From Neptuniibacter sp. (GTDB taxonomy: Bacteria; Pseudomonadota; Gammaproteobacteria; Pseudomonadales; Balneatricaceae), in assembly GCA_049596335.1 (NCBI GenBank), contig JBMYLM010000005.1:11935-75934 (forward strand): a DNA stretch of 64,000 nucleotides. Reading direction: 5' to 3'. Under the pieces are notes generated by a model. That model was given only the letters and a program-made list of their open reading frames with translations. It was not told where the DNA came from and ran no database searches. A program made the position numbers and the translations under genes. Of the stretch, positions 11,456 to 23,124 are shown piece by piece; the stretch's first letter is position 1; each line of letters opens with the position of its first letter.

Positions 11456-12388
11456 TTATATAATGCCACCCCCTACTAATTTCAAGGCATTAGAGAGGAG
11501 TTTTGGGTCATGAGTGTCCATCCAGGTCAAATTTTCCCAACTTCTGAGCCATGTTACCTGCCTTTTTGCCAATTGCCGCGTCGCGACAATGCCTTTAAAG
11601 CGCATGGTCTCATAGTCCCAGGTCCCGGAAAAATACTCCCAAACCTGTCGATAACCAACACAACGTACCGAAGGCATCTGCAGATTCAGATCACCGCGTT
11701 CCCAAAGTTGACGAACCTCATCAATAAATCCCTGTTCCAGCATAATATCGAAGCGCTTCTCTATACGCTGATGCAGTTCCGCCCGATCATCTGGCATAAC
11801 TGCCATTGAGATAATTGGAAAATCAGGCTTCTGTTTTTCCTGCTCAGCCCAGAGCTCTGTCATTGTACGACCCGAAATCTCATAGACTTCCAGTGCCCGT
11901 TGCAATCGCTGTGAATCGTTTGGATTCAATCTTTCAGCTGATTCAGGGTCCACTTCCGCAAGCCTGGCATGCATATGTGGCCATCCCATCTGCTCCGCTT
12001 CATCCAATAAACGTTGTCTAACCACTGGATCTGCTTCAGGCAATTGCGCAAGGCCATTCCTAAGAGCATGAAAATACAACATAGTTCCACCGGTTAGGAT
12101 GGGAATTTTTCCTGCATCACGAATTTCTTTGATTTCTGCAAGAGCATCTCTACGAAATTCAGCCGCAGAATAGGATTCTGTAGGATCACAAATATCAATC
12201 AGACGATGCGGATAGCGCTGTAACGTTTCAGCATCCGGCTTAGCGGTGCCAATATCCATTCCTTTGTAGATCATGGCGGAATCGACACTGACAATCTCGC
12301 AGGGAAGGCTGTCGTAGAGCTTCATGGCCAGATCAGTTTTGCCGGATGCGGTTGGCCCCATTAAAAAAACAACAGGAAGATTTTCCAA
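11456..12388 (-). CDS. miaA: tRNA dimethylallyltransferase MiaA
   Basis: GPTASGKT P-loop and MiaA body. I place the start at TTG 12388, which has an AGGAG 7 nt upstream overlapping the mutL TAG stop. The track's longer GTG start at 12433 lies inside mutL. The start is uncertain. Confidence 0.9.
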   Translation of the reverse strand: MENLPVVFLMGPTASGKTDLAMKLYDSLPCEIVSVDSAMIYKGMDIGTAKPDAETLQRYPHRLIDICDPTESYSAAEFRRDALAEIKEIRDAGKIPILTGGTMLYFHALRNGLAQLPEADPVVRQRLLDEAEQMGWPHMHARLAEVDPESAERLNPNDSQRLQRALEVYEISGRTMTELWAEQEKQKPDFPIISMAVMPDDRAELHQRIEKRFDIMLEQGFIDEVRQLWERGDLNLQMPSVRCVGYRQVWEYFSGTWDYETMRFKGIVATRQLAKRQVTWLRSWENLTWMDTHDPKLLSNALKLVGGGII

Positions 12389-12398
12389 CTGACTGCTC

Positions 12399-14279
12399 CT
12401 ATTGCCCGCGCATGAACAGTTTATCCAGATCACTCATGCTCATCTGGGTCCATGTGGGGCGACCATGGTTACACTGGCCGCTTCGCTCGGTCTGCTCCAT
12501 ATCCCTCAGCAGCGCATTCATCTCCGGCAGAGTCAGTTGACGATTCGCCCTGACGGCTCCATGACACGCCATAGTACCCAGAAGTTCATTGATATGCTGT
12601 TCTATGCGTTTGCTCTCACCATAAACCAGCATATCGGACAACACGTCTCGAATCAGTTGTTCCACATTGCCTTTAGCCAGCGATACTGGAACCTGACGAA
12701 CCACCAGCGTTTCTTCGCCCATTCGAGCCAGTTCGAAACCTAGACGCTTAAAGGTTTCTGCCTGCTCTTCAGCACAATTCGCTTCCCTTTGGCTTACAGC
12801 AAGGCTCAAAGGAACTAATAATGGCTGAGACCTTACAACATCCTGCTCATAAGATTGCTTCATACGCTCGTATACAATACGCTCATGCGCGGCGTGCATA
12901 TCCACAACAACCAGACCATGTTGGTTTTCAGCCAGAATAAACACCCCGTGTATCTGGGCGACTGCATAGCCGAGTGGCGGACACTCCTCTTCAGCCTGAG
13001 GTTGCGAGTCAAAAGAGCCAACATTCTCCGCAGAAGGCCTTTGCTCAACTTCAGGATGCAAAGCACCATAACCGCTAATTTGTTCCCGCACCTGATTCAC
13101 ACTGGGTTGAGAACTCTGATAATGCGTATTAGGTGATGTAAAGCGCGACTGTGCAGGGGAACTTCTAAACGCCATTCTGGACTGTTCAAAGTTCTGCTGT
13201 TCAGGCTGATTTTGTGGCTGAAGACCCATTGCCGGGTTAGTAGCTGCCGCTTCTGCCAGTTGATCCTCTGGGCGCATATCCGCGATCAGACGATGCAAAG
13301 TTCTGAACAAAAAGTCATGGACTAATCGGCTTTCACGGAAGCGCACTTCATGCTTAGTTGGATGCACGTTGACATCCACCAGCGCAGGATCCAGCTCCAG
13401 GAACAATACATAAGCCGGGTGCCTGCCATGATAAAGTACATCTGAATAGGCCTGTCGCACAGCATGAGTGACAACTTTGTCGCGAATCATGCGGCCATTA
13501 ACAAAAAAGTACTGCAGATCAGCCTGACTTCGAGAGAAAGTAGGTAAACCCACCCAACCCCAGAGTCTAAGGCCTGAAGCTTCAGCCACTACATCAGCTT
13601 TTAAGGCATTATCGATAAACGCTGAACCGCAGATACTCGCCACACGGCGTTCCTGTTCAATTTCGCTATCAGCCTGTCTCAGCTGGTGAATCACCTTACC
13701 GTTGTGACGGAGCTGAAATGCAACATCAAAACGGCTCAACGCCAGACGCTTTACCACCTCTTCGAGATGGCGAAATTCTGTTTTTTCAGTCTTCAGAAAT
13801 TTACGTCGTGCCGGGGTATTAAAGAACAGGTCTTTAACTTCAACTGTTGTACCTTGTGGATGAGCCGCAGGCTCAAGTTGCGCCTCCATATCCCGGCCTT
13901 CGGTTTGCACCGTCCAGGCATTACCCTGATCAGCCTGACGCGAAGTCAGGTTTAAACGGGAGACAGAGCTGATACTGGCCAGTGCCTCCCCACGAAAACC
14001 AAGGCTGCCAACCGCCTCCAGATCTTCCAGGGCAGTGATTTTGGACGTTGCATGACGGCTCAATGCCAAAGGCAGGTCGTCTTTTTCAATGCCACTGCCA
14101 TTATCACGAATTCGCATCAGTTTGATGCCGCCCTGCTCAACTTCCACATCAATCTTATTGGCGCCGGCATCCAGGCTATTTTCCAGTATTTCTTTGATGA
14201 CAGATGCAGGGCGCTCAACAACTTCACCCGCAGCAATCTGGTTGGCAAGCCGCGGGGACAGCAGCTGAATTCGAGACAT
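12399..14279 (-). CDS. mutL: DNA mismatch repair protein MutL
   Basis: 626 aa with the GHKL ATPase N-terminus ([39 protein letters not shown]) and a C-terminal dimerisation domain. Confidence 0.97.
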   Translation of the reverse strand: MSRIQLLSPRLANQIAAGEVVERPASVIKEILENSLDAGANKIDVEVEQGGIKLMRIRDNGSGIEKDDLPLALSRHATSKITALEDLEAVGSLGFRGEALASISSVSRLNLTSRQADQGNAWTVQTEGRDMEAQLEPAAHPQGTTVEVKDLFFNTPARRKFLKTEKTEFRHLEEVVKRLALSRFDVAFQLRHNGKVIHQLRQADSEIEQERRVASICGSAFIDNALKADVVAEASGLRLWGWVGLPTFSRSQADLQYFFVNGRMIRDKVVTHAVRQAYSDVLYHGRHPAYVLFLELDPALVDVNVHPTKHEVRFRESRLVHDFLFRTLHRLIADMRPEDQLAEAAATNPAMGLQPQNQPEQQNFEQSRMAFRSSPAQSRFTSPNTHYQSSQPSVNQVREQISGYGALHPEVEQRPSAENVGSFDSQPQAEEECPPLGYAVAQIHGVFILAENQHGLVVVDMHAAHERIVYERMKQSYEQDVVRSQPLLVPLSLAVSQREANCAEEQAETFKRLGFELARMGEETLVVRQVPVSLAKGNVEQLIRDVLSDMLVYGESKRIEQHINELLGTMACHGAVRANRQLTLPEMNALLRDMEQTERSGQCNHGRPTWTQMSMSDLDKLFMRGQ

Positions 14280-14308
14280 GAATGTTCCTTGGTTTTAACT
14301 TTTTTGCT

Positions 14309-15640
14309 TTAACTCTTAGGAATGCGTAACACCTGACCTACCTTAATCCGGTCATTTTTCAGGTTGTTCGCTTTGCGTAATGCGCTCAATGATACACCGT
14401 TTCTGGAAGCAATGACGGACAGAGTATCGCCAGAAACCACTTTGTGGGTTTTATTGTTCTCAGCTTTGCGCTGGGCAATATAGGTTAAAGCTGGGGGTTT
14501 ACGGCTGAAGTGCTGGGTGATCCCCTGATAAATCGCGTTCGCCATTTTCTTCTGATAACTTTTAGTTTTCAGTTTGGCCGCTTCACCAGGGTTCGTAATA
14601 AAACCTGTTTCAACCAAAATTGACGGAATATCCGGTGATTTCAGCACTGCAAAACCAGCCTGTTCCACATGAGGCTTGTGCATTTTGGCGAAACGACGAA
14701 TATTTGAGTGGATCTGTTTTGCGACTGAACGGCTATCCTCACGACTGGCCGTCATAGACATGTCCAACAGCACACTGGCGAGCACATCATCTTTATCTTC
14801 CAGACTTACACTGCCCACACCACCAATCAGATCAGCACTGTTTTCTTTACGCGCGAGCCAGCGACCCATTTCACTACTCGCACCTCTGGAGGAAAGCACC
14901 CAGACAGATGCGCCACGGGCACGCTTATCTTTAAAACCATCCGCATGAATAGACACAAACAGATCTGCATTCTGTTTCCGAGCTGCTTTGGTTCGACCGC
15001 GCAAACTGATGTAATAGTCACCGGTACGGGTTAATTTACCTTTGTAGCCCGGTGTGCGATCGAGCAATCGCTTCAGCTCTTTTGCAACCGCCATCACAAC
15101 GACTTTCTCATAGACCCGCCCAGGGCCTATGGCTCCCGGATCTTCACCACCATGCCCGGCATCAATGGCAACAATAATATCCCTGCCTGCTACCGGCTTA
15201 GGCAAGGCTGATTTAACCGGTTTTTTTACTTTCTCTTTTTCGTAAAGATCCAGTACCAGGCGATGGCCATATTTCTGGTTTGGTTTCAATTCAAAGCTTT
15301 TGGGTCTTACGGCGCGTTTCAGATCCAGCACTAAACGCAGAGTATCGCCATTTTTACCTGAGCGGATTCTCTGTACCGGGCTTTTATCTAAACCAACTTT
15401 GGTGAGGTCTGCAGAAATAGAGGCTTTGTTCACATCCAGAACAATTCGGTCGGGGCCACTGAGGGTAAACACTTTGTGAGAAGCCGGCCCGGTCATATCA
15501 AAAACCAGACGAGCGTGATCCGGAGCCAACCAGATGCGCACATTTTTAACGTCAGCGGCGTGCAGATAAGACCCACACAGCAGCAGACAAAATGCGATAA
15601 AACAGCAATACAAATTTCGTAGCTTCAGCAACTGCATCAA
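14309..15640 (-). CDS. amiB: N-acetylmuramoyl-L-alanine amidase (AMIN, Amidase_3 and LysM domains)
   Basis: Signal peptide, AMIN-like N-domain, DAGHGGEDPGA amidase_3 motif and a C-terminal LysM (HKVVSGDTLSVIASRNGVSLSALRKANNL). Lies between tsaE and mutL as amiB does in E. coli. Confidence 0.9.
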   Translation of the reverse strand: MMQLLKLRNLYCCFIAFCLLLCGSYLHAADVKNVRIWLAPDHARLVFDMTGPASHKVFTLSGPDRIVLDVNKASISADLTKVGLDKSPVQRIRSGKNGDTLRLVLDLKRAVRPKSFELKPNQKYGHRLVLDLYEKEKVKKPVKSALPKPVAGRDIIVAIDAGHGGEDPGAIGPGRVYEKVVVMAVAKELKRLLDRTPGYKGKLTRTGDYYISLRGRTKAARKQNADLFVSIHADGFKDKRARGASVWVLSSRGASSEMGRWLARKENSADLIGGVGSVSLEDKDDVLASVLLDMSMTASREDSRSVAKQIHSNIRRFAKMHKPHVEQAGFAVLKSPDIPSILVETGFITNPGEAAKLKTKSYQKKMANAIYQGITQHFSRKPPALTYIAQRKAENNKTHKVVSGDTLSVIASRNGVSLSALRKANNLKNDRIKVGQVLRIPKS

Positions 15641-15657
15641 AGCCTGAAAACCCCTTC

Positions 15658-16131
15658 CTAAGCTTTTACATCTAACAGTTTATCGGCAAGTTGACTGCCA
15701 TATTCAGTTTTTGGTTCCCACGACAGCTTTCTACCTAACCCTTCCAATTCTATTTGCAGAATAAGATCCGGCTCGGGCAATAAGCCTTTACCCTTATCGG
15801 GCCATTCAACCAGACATAAAGCCTGCTCATCAAAATAATCCCGGATACCTAAAAACTCTAACTCTTCCGGATCAGCCAAACGATACAAATCAAAATGATA
15901 GATACGCTGATCTCCGACCTCGTAAGGTTCAACCAGTGTATAAGTAGGACTCTTAACGGAACCTTGATGACCACAGCCTCTGAGAACACCGCGACTTAAG
16001 GTTGTTTTTCCCATTCCCAGGTCACCGAACAGGAATATTACACCTTTGCCCGCAGTCACAGCGGCTATTTTATGCCCAAACTCAACCATTGCCTGCTCAT
16101 CTGGCAGGACAATCTGATACTTATCACTCAT
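15658..16131 (-). CDS. tsaE: tRNA t6A biosynthesis ATPase TsaE (YjeE)
   Basis: 157 aa with GDLGMGKTTL Walker A and the SPTYTLV motif. Confidence 0.92.
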   Translation of the reverse strand: MSDKYQIVLPDEQAMVEFGHKIAAVTAGKGVIFLFGDLGMGKTTLSRGVLRGCGHQGSVKSPTYTLVEPYEVGDQRIYHFDLYRLADPEELEFLGIRDYFDEQALCLVEWPDKGKGLLPEPDLILQIELEGLGRKLSWEPKTEYGSQLADKLLDVKA

Positions 16132-17644
16132 CGCTATTGTTTATAACTCTAGGTATTACTTGGCACAGATCCGAAGGCAACAGTCCTATTTCACCCTGAT
16201 CTTCTGCTATTAAATCGGCCGCAGCTGCGTGAACATAAACAGCCATCGCAGCGGCTTCTTCCGTATCCAAACCCTGACACAGAAAAGCGCCACAGATGCC
16301 GGATAATACATCGCCCATGCCCCCGACTGCCATGCCTGGATTACCTTTATTGCACAAAGAGATCATCTTACCTGCAGTTGATAGCGATCCAGCCCCCTTC
16401 AAAACAACAGCACCACCGCACCGAGACTGCAATTCATCCAGTGTTTTGAACCTGTCCTGAAGTAATTCAGCCACCGGCTTAGTTAATATGCGTGAGGCTT
16501 CACCGGGATGAGGTGTACAGATACTCTCCAGATCATCATCTGGGTTAAACAGTTCCTTTTCTACCATCAAATTCAGAGCATCCGCATCCAACACGACTTT
16601 TTTATGTGTCGCCAGCACCTCTCTCAACATCTGTTCAGCCCAGGCGTTCTGACCCAAACCCGGGCCGATCACGACAACATCCGCCTTAAAAATCAGAGGT
16701 TTCAGGTCCGCGACCTTTTCCACCCCATGGCACATCACCTCAGGGGAGCGACTTAAAGATGCCGTTAAGTGTTCAGTCCGAGTTGCCAGTGATACTAATC
16801 CAGCACCGCTGCGGATTGCCGCTTCAGACGCGAGAAGCGCAGCCCCTCCCATGCCCAGATTGCCACCCACAATCAGCAGATGACCATTCTTACCTTTATG
16901 AGATGAACGCTCCCGTTGCGGCAACAGCCTTTGCAGGTCCTGTTGGGTTGTTCTGTGAACAACAGTGGGTACCTTCGCATAAGCCTCATCAGGAACCTTC
17001 AGATTATCGAACAGCACCTCTCCACAATAATTAACTGCATCCCCCGTTAACAATCCACGGTTCAACCCGATAAAACTCACCGTAATATCTGAGACTACCG
17101 CCTCGCCAAGTACACGCCCCGTATCCGCACAAATACCCGATGGAATATCAACGGCAATGACTTGAGTACTGGCTGCATTTATCTGATTAATCGCATCCCT
17201 GAATAAACCTCGAACATCGCCGGACAAACCCGTACCAAGCAGAGCATCAACGATCAAATCTCCCCGAATCGCCATACCGGGCTTATAGAGCTCATATTCC
17301 CCATTAATTTCACCCAAGAGTTTCCAGGCCTGACGCGCTTCACCCTGTAATTTTTCAGGAAAATCCTCTGAGCCGACACAAATGAGCTGCACATCAATGT
17401 TTTTCTGTCTGGCTAGCAAGGCAATGATCAAACCATCACCGCCGTTATTACCGGCTCCGGCAAAGATACTGATGGATTTCAACTGAGGGAAACGCTCCAC
17501 TATTTCAGCAAACACCGCATGCCCTGCCCTTTGCATCAAACGAATACCCGGAATACCGAATTCCTCAATCGCAATCCGGTCCAGTGAACGGGTCTGATCA
17601 GCCGTGTATAATGGCTTAGGTAAAGCAGCTCTGTTTACTGACAT
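16124..17644 (-). CDS. nnr: Bifunctional NAD(P)H-hydrate epimerase/dehydratase Nnr (YjeF)
   Basis: YjeF-N (GNNGGDG) plus a C-terminal carbohydrate-kinase domain (GGMGDVLSG). Start set at MSVNRAALPKPLYTADQ; the track start at 17725 would overlap queG. Confidence 0.9.
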   Translation of the reverse strand: MSVNRAALPKPLYTADQTRSLDRIAIEEFGIPGIRLMQRAGHAVFAEIVERFPQLKSISIFAGAGNNGGDGLIIALLARQKNIDVQLICVGSEDFPEKLQGEARQAWKLLGEINGEYELYKPGMAIRGDLIVDALLGTGLSGDVRGLFRDAINQINAASTQVIAVDIPSGICADTGRVLGEAVVSDITVSFIGLNRGLLTGDAVNYCGEVLFDNLKVPDEAYAKVPTVVHRTTQQDLQRLLPQRERSSHKGKNGHLLIVGGNLGMGGAALLASEAAIRSGAGLVSLATRTEHLTASLSRSPEVMCHGVEKVADLKPLIFKADVVVIGPGLGQNAWAEQMLREVLATHKKVVLDADALNLMVEKELFNPDDDLESICTPHPGEASRILTKPVAELLQDRFKTLDELQSRCGGAVVLKGAGSLSTAGKMISLCNKGNPGMAVGGMGDVLSGICGAFLCQGLDTEEAAAMAVYVHAAAADLIAEDQGEIGLLPSDLCQVIPRVINNSDE

Positions 17645-17709
17645 CTGTTTAACTCCCTTATTTACTGTAATTATGGTTAATACCTGTCGGACAGAGCAAG
17701 CCTGAATCC

Positions 17710-18834
17710 ATGTCAGATTACTCACCAGAAATGCTTAACCAGTTGGCTGATGATATTAAAAGCTGGGCTCAGGAGCTGGGCTTTCAGCAATGTGGCATCA
17801 CCGATTGCGATCTCAGCGCTGAAAAAGATCATTACCTCAACTGGTTAGAACAAAACTTTCACGGTGAGATGGCTTATCTGGAAAATCATCTGGATAAACG
17901 TTTCAGTGCGGATCAACTCTTACCAGGAAGCCAACGGATTATTTGCGTCCGTATGGATTACCTCCCGCCTTCAACTCACGCTCTGGATAACCTTTCGGAT
18001 AACCAACAGGCCTATGTTTCCCGTTACACCCTGGGCCGGGATTACCACAAGCTGATCCGCAAACGCCTGACCGAACTGGGCAAGAAAATTGATAAAGCCG
18101 TCGGCGGCAGTGTTTTCAGGGCCTTTGTGGACAGCGCTCCCATTCTGGAACGCCCACTGGCAGAAAAAGCCGGCATTGGCTGGCGCGGCAAGCACACTCT
18201 GGTGCTAAACCGCAGTGCAGGCTCTATGTTTTTTCTTGGCGAGCTGTTTATCGATCTGCCGTTGCCGATTGATGCTCCTGAAACAGATAACCACTGCGGA
18301 AAATGCACCGCATGTTTAGATGTTTGCCCAACCAATGCCTTTCCTGAACCAAACGTTCTGGACGCACGCCGTTGTATCTCTTATCTGACAATTGAGCTGG
18401 ATGGTTCAATCCCGGAAGACCTAAGACCTCTGATGGGTAACCGCATTTTTGGTTGTGACGATTGCCAGCTCATCTGTCCATGGAACCGATTCTCCAATTT
18501 CACTGAAGAACAGGATTTCCACCCTCGCCAGAAACTGGATAAAAGCAGCCTGCTGGAACTGTTTGAATGGACAGAAGAAGAGTTTCTGAAACGCACTGAA
18601 GGCTCAGCGATTCGTCGCACCGGTTATATTGGCTGGTTACGCAATATTGCTGTTGCTCTGGGGAATAGCTCGGGTGGCGAATTAATTGAAGCAGCGTTAA
18701 AGAAAAAACTCGAGCATCCATCCGAGGTTGTGCGGGAGCACGTGGAGTGGGCGATTGATCAGCTTAAGAAAGGCGAGGTGCCGCAGGCACCACCACTTAA
18801 TGAGCACCTACGACGAAATAAACTTATTTTTTAA
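17710..18834 (+). CDS. queG: Epoxyqueuosine reductase QueG
   Basis: 374 aa with two 4Fe-4S Cys motifs ([23 protein letters not shown]). Divergent from nnr as in E. coli (yjeS). Confidence 0.92.
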   Translation: MSDYSPEMLNQLADDIKSWAQELGFQQCGITDCDLSAEKDHYLNWLEQNFHGEMAYLENHLDKRFSADQLLPGSQRIICVRMDYLPPSTHALDNLSDNQQAYVSRYTLGRDYHKLIRKRLTELGKKIDKAVGGSVFRAFVDSAPILERPLAEKAGIGWRGKHTLVLNRSAGSMFFLGELFIDLPLPIDAPETDNHCGKCTACLDVCPTNAFPEPNVLDARRCISYLTIELDGSIPEDLRPLMGNRIFGCDDCQLICPWNRFSNFTEEQDFHPRQKLDKSSLLELFEWTEEEFLKRTEGSAIRRTGYIGWLRNIAVALGNSSGGELIEAALKKKLEHPSEVVREHVEWAIDQLKKGEVPQAPPLNEHLRRNKLIF

Positions 18835-19376
18835 TCCACTTTAATAAAGTGTTCCCGATAGTGCTTTAGCTCTTCAATAGAGTCTTTAATATCATCCAGC
18901 GCCAGATGTGAGCCTTTTTTCACCACGCCCGCTGCAACTTCCGGTTTCCAGCGCTTAGCCAATTCCTTAAGCGTACTCACATCCAGATTGCGGTAATGGA
19001 AAAACGCTTCCAGCTCCGGCATGTATTTATCCAGAAAACGGCGATCCTGACCGATACTGTTACCGCACATAGGTGAAGCTCCTGCTTCAACATACTGCTT
19101 AAGGAATTCGATTGTTTGTTGTTCTGCTTCAGCTTCTGTAACTTTGCTGTCTTTCACCCGCTGGGTCAGTCCAGACTTACCGTGCTGATTGGTGCACCAT
19201 TCATCCATAGCATCCAGCACTTCGTCCGGTTGATGAATGGCCAGAGTCGGACCTTCCGCCAGAATATTCAGATCTGAATCCGTCACTATGGTTGCGATCT
19301 CGATTATGACATCGGTTTTTGGTTCAAGCCCGGTCATTTCCAGATCAATCCAGATCAAATTATTCTTGTCAGTCAC
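18831..19376 (-). CDS. orn: Oligoribonuclease
   Basis: 181 aa DEDDh exonuclease ([11 protein letters not shown], the H-x4-D motif [10 protein letters not shown]). Shares a palindromic TTAA stop overlap with queG. Confidence 0.95.
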   Translation of the reverse strand: MTDKNNLIWIDLEMTGLEPKTDVIIEIATIVTDSDLNILAEGPTLAIHQPDEVLDAMDEWCTNQHGKSGLTQRVKDSKVTEAEAEQQTIEFLKQYVEAGASPMCGNSIGQDRRFLDKYMPELEAFFHYRNLDVSTLKELAKRWKPEVAAGVVKKGSHLALDDIKDSIEELKHYREHFIKVD

Positions 19377-19526
19377 TTAGCACCTCCAGAATCGATATAG
19401 GCAACAGAGCCATTCGCGTGTTGCTTACTGTTAACAGGCTCTGGCATTTCCCTTAGAATAACGTACATTCTCTTATCTTTCTTTGATAAAGGCACTTTTT
19501 GCGATCCCAAAATCGCATTTTAAATT

Positions 19527-20555
19527 ATGGCGAAACGTAAACTTACACGTCGGCAAAACTGGCGTATTCAGAAAATTCAGGAAGAGCGTGCCGCCCGTGC
19601 TTCAAAAAAAGATGCCTCTATTGATCAGCAACTCGAAAGCAGCGACTTAGGCCCTGAACAACACGGCCTGATCATCTCTCACTTCGGCCGCACGGTGGAT
19701 GTCGAAGCGACTGACGGTGATGCACAAGGGGAAATCTTCCGCTGCCATATGCGAACTAACCTTGGACAACTGGTTACCGGTGACCGGGTTATCTGGCGCA
19801 TGGGTAAAGAGAGTGGCGTTGTAGTTGCCAAGCAGGAACGCTCTACCGAATTGCTGCGGCCGAACCCATACGGTGAGATGAAGCCGGTTGCTGCCAATAT
19901 CGACTTTATTGTTATAACCATTGCTGTAGAACCCACCCCCTTTGCCAATCTGATCGACAGATATCTGGTTGCGTCCGAACTCAGCGGCATTGAGCCTGTG
20001 ATCCTGCTGAATAAAACAGACCTGTTAACCGATGATAATCGCGGCCCGATTGATGAGATGTTGAACAGGTACCGTGATCTTGAGTATCAGGTGTTAGAGG
20101 TTTCATCCTCCTCAGCCGAGGGGTTAAACCCACTGAAGGAAATACTCAAAAACCGCATCAGTGTGTTTGTTGGGCAATCCGGTGTGGGTAAATCCTCTCT
20201 GATCAACAAACTTTTGCCTGGGGTCGATCTGAAAGTGGGTGAGCTCTCAACTCAGACCAAAAAAGGCCGACATACCACTACAACCGCACGTTTGTTCCAC
20301 TTCCCAGATGGCGGCGATCTGATCGACTCACCAGGAATTCGTGAGTTTGGTTTATGGCACATCGAGCCGGATCAGGTCATTGAAGGCTTTAAAGAATTAC
20401 GTTCGGTTTCCGGCATGTGCCAGTTCCGAGACTGTAAACATGAAAAAGAACCCGGATGCGCGCTGAAAAATGCTGTAGAAGATGGCACAATCAGCAAACA
20501 ACGCTGGAACAGCTATAAACATATTGTATGTTCAATAGAAGAGCAGCAAAATTGA
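19527..20555 (+). CDS. rsgA: Ribosome small-subunit-dependent GTPase RsgA
   Basis: Circularly permuted GTPase (NKTDL ... [10 protein letters not shown] ... DSPG) with a C-terminal Zn motif [14 protein letters not shown]. Confidence 0.94.
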   Translation: MAKRKLTRRQNWRIQKIQEERAARASKKDASIDQQLESSDLGPEQHGLIISHFGRTVDVEATDGDAQGEIFRCHMRTNLGQLVTGDRVIWRMGKESGVVVAKQERSTELLRPNPYGEMKPVAANIDFIVITIAVEPTPFANLIDRYLVASELSGIEPVILLNKTDLLTDDNRGPIDEMLNRYRDLEYQVLEVSSSSAEGLNPLKEILKNRISVFVGQSGVGKSSLINKLLPGVDLKVGELSTQTKKGRHTTTTARLFHFPDGGDLIDSPGIREFGLWHIEPDQVIEGFKELRSVSGMCQFRDCKHEKEPGCALKNAVEDGTISKQRWNSYKHIVCSIEEQQN

Positions 20556-20589
20556 GTACAGCCCGTTTTTGAATACTAAGGACAGCTGA

Positions 20590-22215
20590 ATGTCGGAAAT
20601 CCTATACGGTGTAGATGCTTGGGTAGAATATCTTAAGGACCGACCTTTGCCCGTCCGCAACAGTATCATCCGTCGTCTTAAACGCCAGCTGCAAGATGAA
20701 AACATCCCTCTTCACAAGATCAACAACACGATTAAGTTTGATCCGGTTCTCTGCCTGCATGTGGTCCGTAAAGCATCCAAGATGCATCTGCAGAAAGATT
20801 CCAAAGTTACCGGCATTGACCATGCAATCAGCTCTCTTGGCCTGAATAATATTTCAGATGTTGCCAGCGAGATTCAGGCATTGAAAATAAACCCGTCCAG
20901 CGTTGCGCAGAAAATGTATTTCCGCAGCATTGCGGTAAGCCACCATGCCGCTACCCAAGCGACACAATGGCTACGGGCCAGAAAAGCGCCGTTCATTGAT
21001 GAAACCTTCCTTGCTTCTTTGTTTTATGGCGTGGGTAACTGGATGCTTTGGCAACACGCCGCCTTACATATGAGCGAAATCGAAGTTAAGGTGCGCGAAC
21101 AGGATATCGACCCTATCAGGGCTGAAACTGAAGTACTCGGCTGCAGCATTCAGGAGATTTCAAGGGGTCTGATTGCAGAATGGGAAATCTCTGAACTCGC
21201 AGTCACCAGCCTGGAACATGAAACTTCACCCAACAAAAAAACACTGGCTCAACTGCATCAACGCGCGTTGGGTGACCCGCGCATTACCGATGAGGACCTG
21301 AGAGAGATTAACCATCTTGTGCAGGAAAAGTTTTTCCCTGTGAAGTTGGCGAACTGGTTAGCACTGGCGGCTAACCTTGGCTGGCAACTCACCAAAACCA
21401 TGAAAGTCATTGATATCATCAACGACTATCTTAAAGGTGAAATTGCCGCCACCATCAGCATGCTGCACCAGAATTGTGTTCACTCTGCTCACCAGTATCA
21501 TGTGGCAGGCACGCTTGCTCCGGCAGCTGAAATGTTGATGCTGAGTTCTGATACACAGATCAACTACCGCCTGTCTAAGAAAGAGGAAGCAATTCTCAGC
21601 GAAACACTTCCGGCCATTGAAAAACCGGAAGAACCTGCCGAGCTACCCGAACCAGAAATTGAACTCGAAGCTGAATTAGATATTTCCGCAGTTCCTCAGA
21701 ACGATTATCTGGATAAACATATCTATGACCAGATCGCTGAGAGGTTCCTGAAAGGCTATCACCTGTACACAGAGCCTAAACATATCCTGCAAGGCCTAAT
21801 GCAGGCCATGAGCAAAGGCATTGGATTTGAACGTGCGGCGCTTTTCATCGTTAATCCGAAGAAACAACAGCTCAAAACAGGCTTACTTGTCGGATTTGAT
21901 GATAATCACCCTATTGCTGGTTTTTCGCAAAGCCTTCAAACGCCTAGCCTGCTGCAAAAGCTCAGCCAGAAATCCGGTTGTATCTGGATCAAACCTGAAA
22001 ACGTGGATCAGATGCTGCAAATGTTACCGAAAACCTACACAGAATGGGCAACCCCTAAGGGATTTGCTTTGATGTCAGTGTTTTATGGCAACAAACCTAT
22101 TGCCATAATTCACGCTGACTTTGGTAACACAGGCTCTGAAATTTCAGAATTCCATAATGACCGCTTACGCTATCTCTGTTCAGCGGCATCTTTGGGCCTC
22201 AAAAAGCTGAAGTAA
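20590..22215 (+). CDS. HDOD-domain signalling protein with an acidic linker and a GAF-like C-terminal domain
   Basis: The N-terminal ~200 aa looks like HDOD (FDPVLCLHVVRKASKM, IDHAISSLGLNNISDV), but the usual HD pair is replaced (LFYGVGNW). An EPEEPAELPEPEIELEAE linker follows. The C-terminal ~150 aa is GAF-like (GFERAALFIVNPKKQQL...). Domain calls rest on pattern recognition only. Confidence 0.55.
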   Translation: MSEILYGVDAWVEYLKDRPLPVRNSIIRRLKRQLQDENIPLHKINNTIKFDPVLCLHVVRKASKMHLQKDSKVTGIDHAISSLGLNNISDVASEIQALKINPSSVAQKMYFRSIAVSHHAATQATQWLRARKAPFIDETFLASLFYGVGNWMLWQHAALHMSEIEVKVREQDIDPIRAETEVLGCSIQEISRGLIAEWEISELAVTSLEHETSPNKKTLAQLHQRALGDPRITDEDLREINHLVQEKFFPVKLANWLALAANLGWQLTKTMKVIDIINDYLKGEIAATISMLHQNCVHSAHQYHVAGTLAPAAEMLMLSSDTQINYRLSKKEEAILSETLPAIEKPEEPAELPEPEIELEAELDISAVPQNDYLDKHIYDQIAERFLKGYHLYTEPKHILQGLMQAMSKGIGFERAALFIVNPKKQQLKTGLLVGFDDNHPIAGFSQSLQTPSLLQKLSQKSGCIWIKPENVDQMLQMLPKTYTEWATPKGFALMSVFYGNKPIAIIHADFGNTGSEISEFHNDRLRYLCSAASLGLKKLK

Positions 22216-22311
22216 TGTCATTCTTTAAGTGTAAAACCGGGTTGCTACTTTTTACTCCAAAGCGGCAACCAAGTATCATTTCGAGTTCTTTTTGGTTACG
22301 GATATTTTACG

Positions 22312-23124
22312 ATGACGCTGCCACTGGTTATTGAAGCGACAGAGCTCAACCTTCAACTTGAAAACCCAGATCTTTTAATTGTTGATCTTTCAAGTGAAGA
22401 AAACTATCTGAAGGGCCATATTCCGGGTGCCATTCATTTACCTGCTACCCGCCTGCTCAGTGGTAAAGCCCCCATACCTAATAAGCTCCCTGATTTAGAC
22501 CAGCTCCAGCAGCTGTGTCGTGATATTGGCCTCAACAGCAGTTCACAGGTTGTTGTTTACGATGACCAGATGGGGCCATGGGCCGGTCGCCTGATCTGGA
22601 GCCTTAATATTCTTGGTCATGAGAACTGCTCCTTCCTGAACGGACAGCTTAATGCCTGGACCCAGGCAGGTTTTGCAACTGAAACAACAGCCAATACGCC
22701 AGAGCAATCTGATATCACAGTTAATCTGGAACAGAATCTGGTTGCTGACGTAAGTTCGATCATTGAGCAATTACAACAGGACGGCAGCATCATCTGGGAT
22801 GCGCGCAGCCCGGAAGAGTACAGTGGTGAAAAGGTGATCAATGCTCAGAAAGGCGGGCATATCCCAGGCGCAGTGAACCTTGAGTGGACAGACTGTCTGA
22901 TCAGCACTGAAGATACGCGCTTAAAGCCTGCTGCAGAATTAAAAGCGTTACTAGAAAGCAAAGGCATCACTCCAGAAAAGTCAGTCATTACCCACTGCCA
23001 GACACACAGGCGTTCAGGTCTAACTTATCTGATCGCTAAATATCTTGGTTTCAACGACATCCGTTGTTATGACGGCTCATGGTTCGAATGGGGCAACCTT
23101 CCCGACACTCCGGTAGAGAAATAA
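22312..23124 (+). CDS. Tandem-rhodanese thiosulfate sulfurtransferase (RhdA-like)
   Basis: 270 aa with two rhodanese repeats. The active-site loop HCQTHRRSG resembles the CQTHHRS loop of Azotobacter RhdA. Confidence 0.8.
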   Translation: MTLPLVIEATELNLQLENPDLLIVDLSSEENYLKGHIPGAIHLPATRLLSGKAPIPNKLPDLDQLQQLCRDIGLNSSSQVVVYDDQMGPWAGRLIWSLNILGHENCSFLNGQLNAWTQAGFATETTANTPEQSDITVNLEQNLVADVSSIIEQLQQDGSIIWDARSPEEYSGEKVINAQKGGHIPGAVNLEWTDCLISTEDTRLKPAAELKALLESKGITPEKSVITHCQTHRRSGLTYLIAKYLGFNDIRCYDGSWFEWGNLPDTPVEK

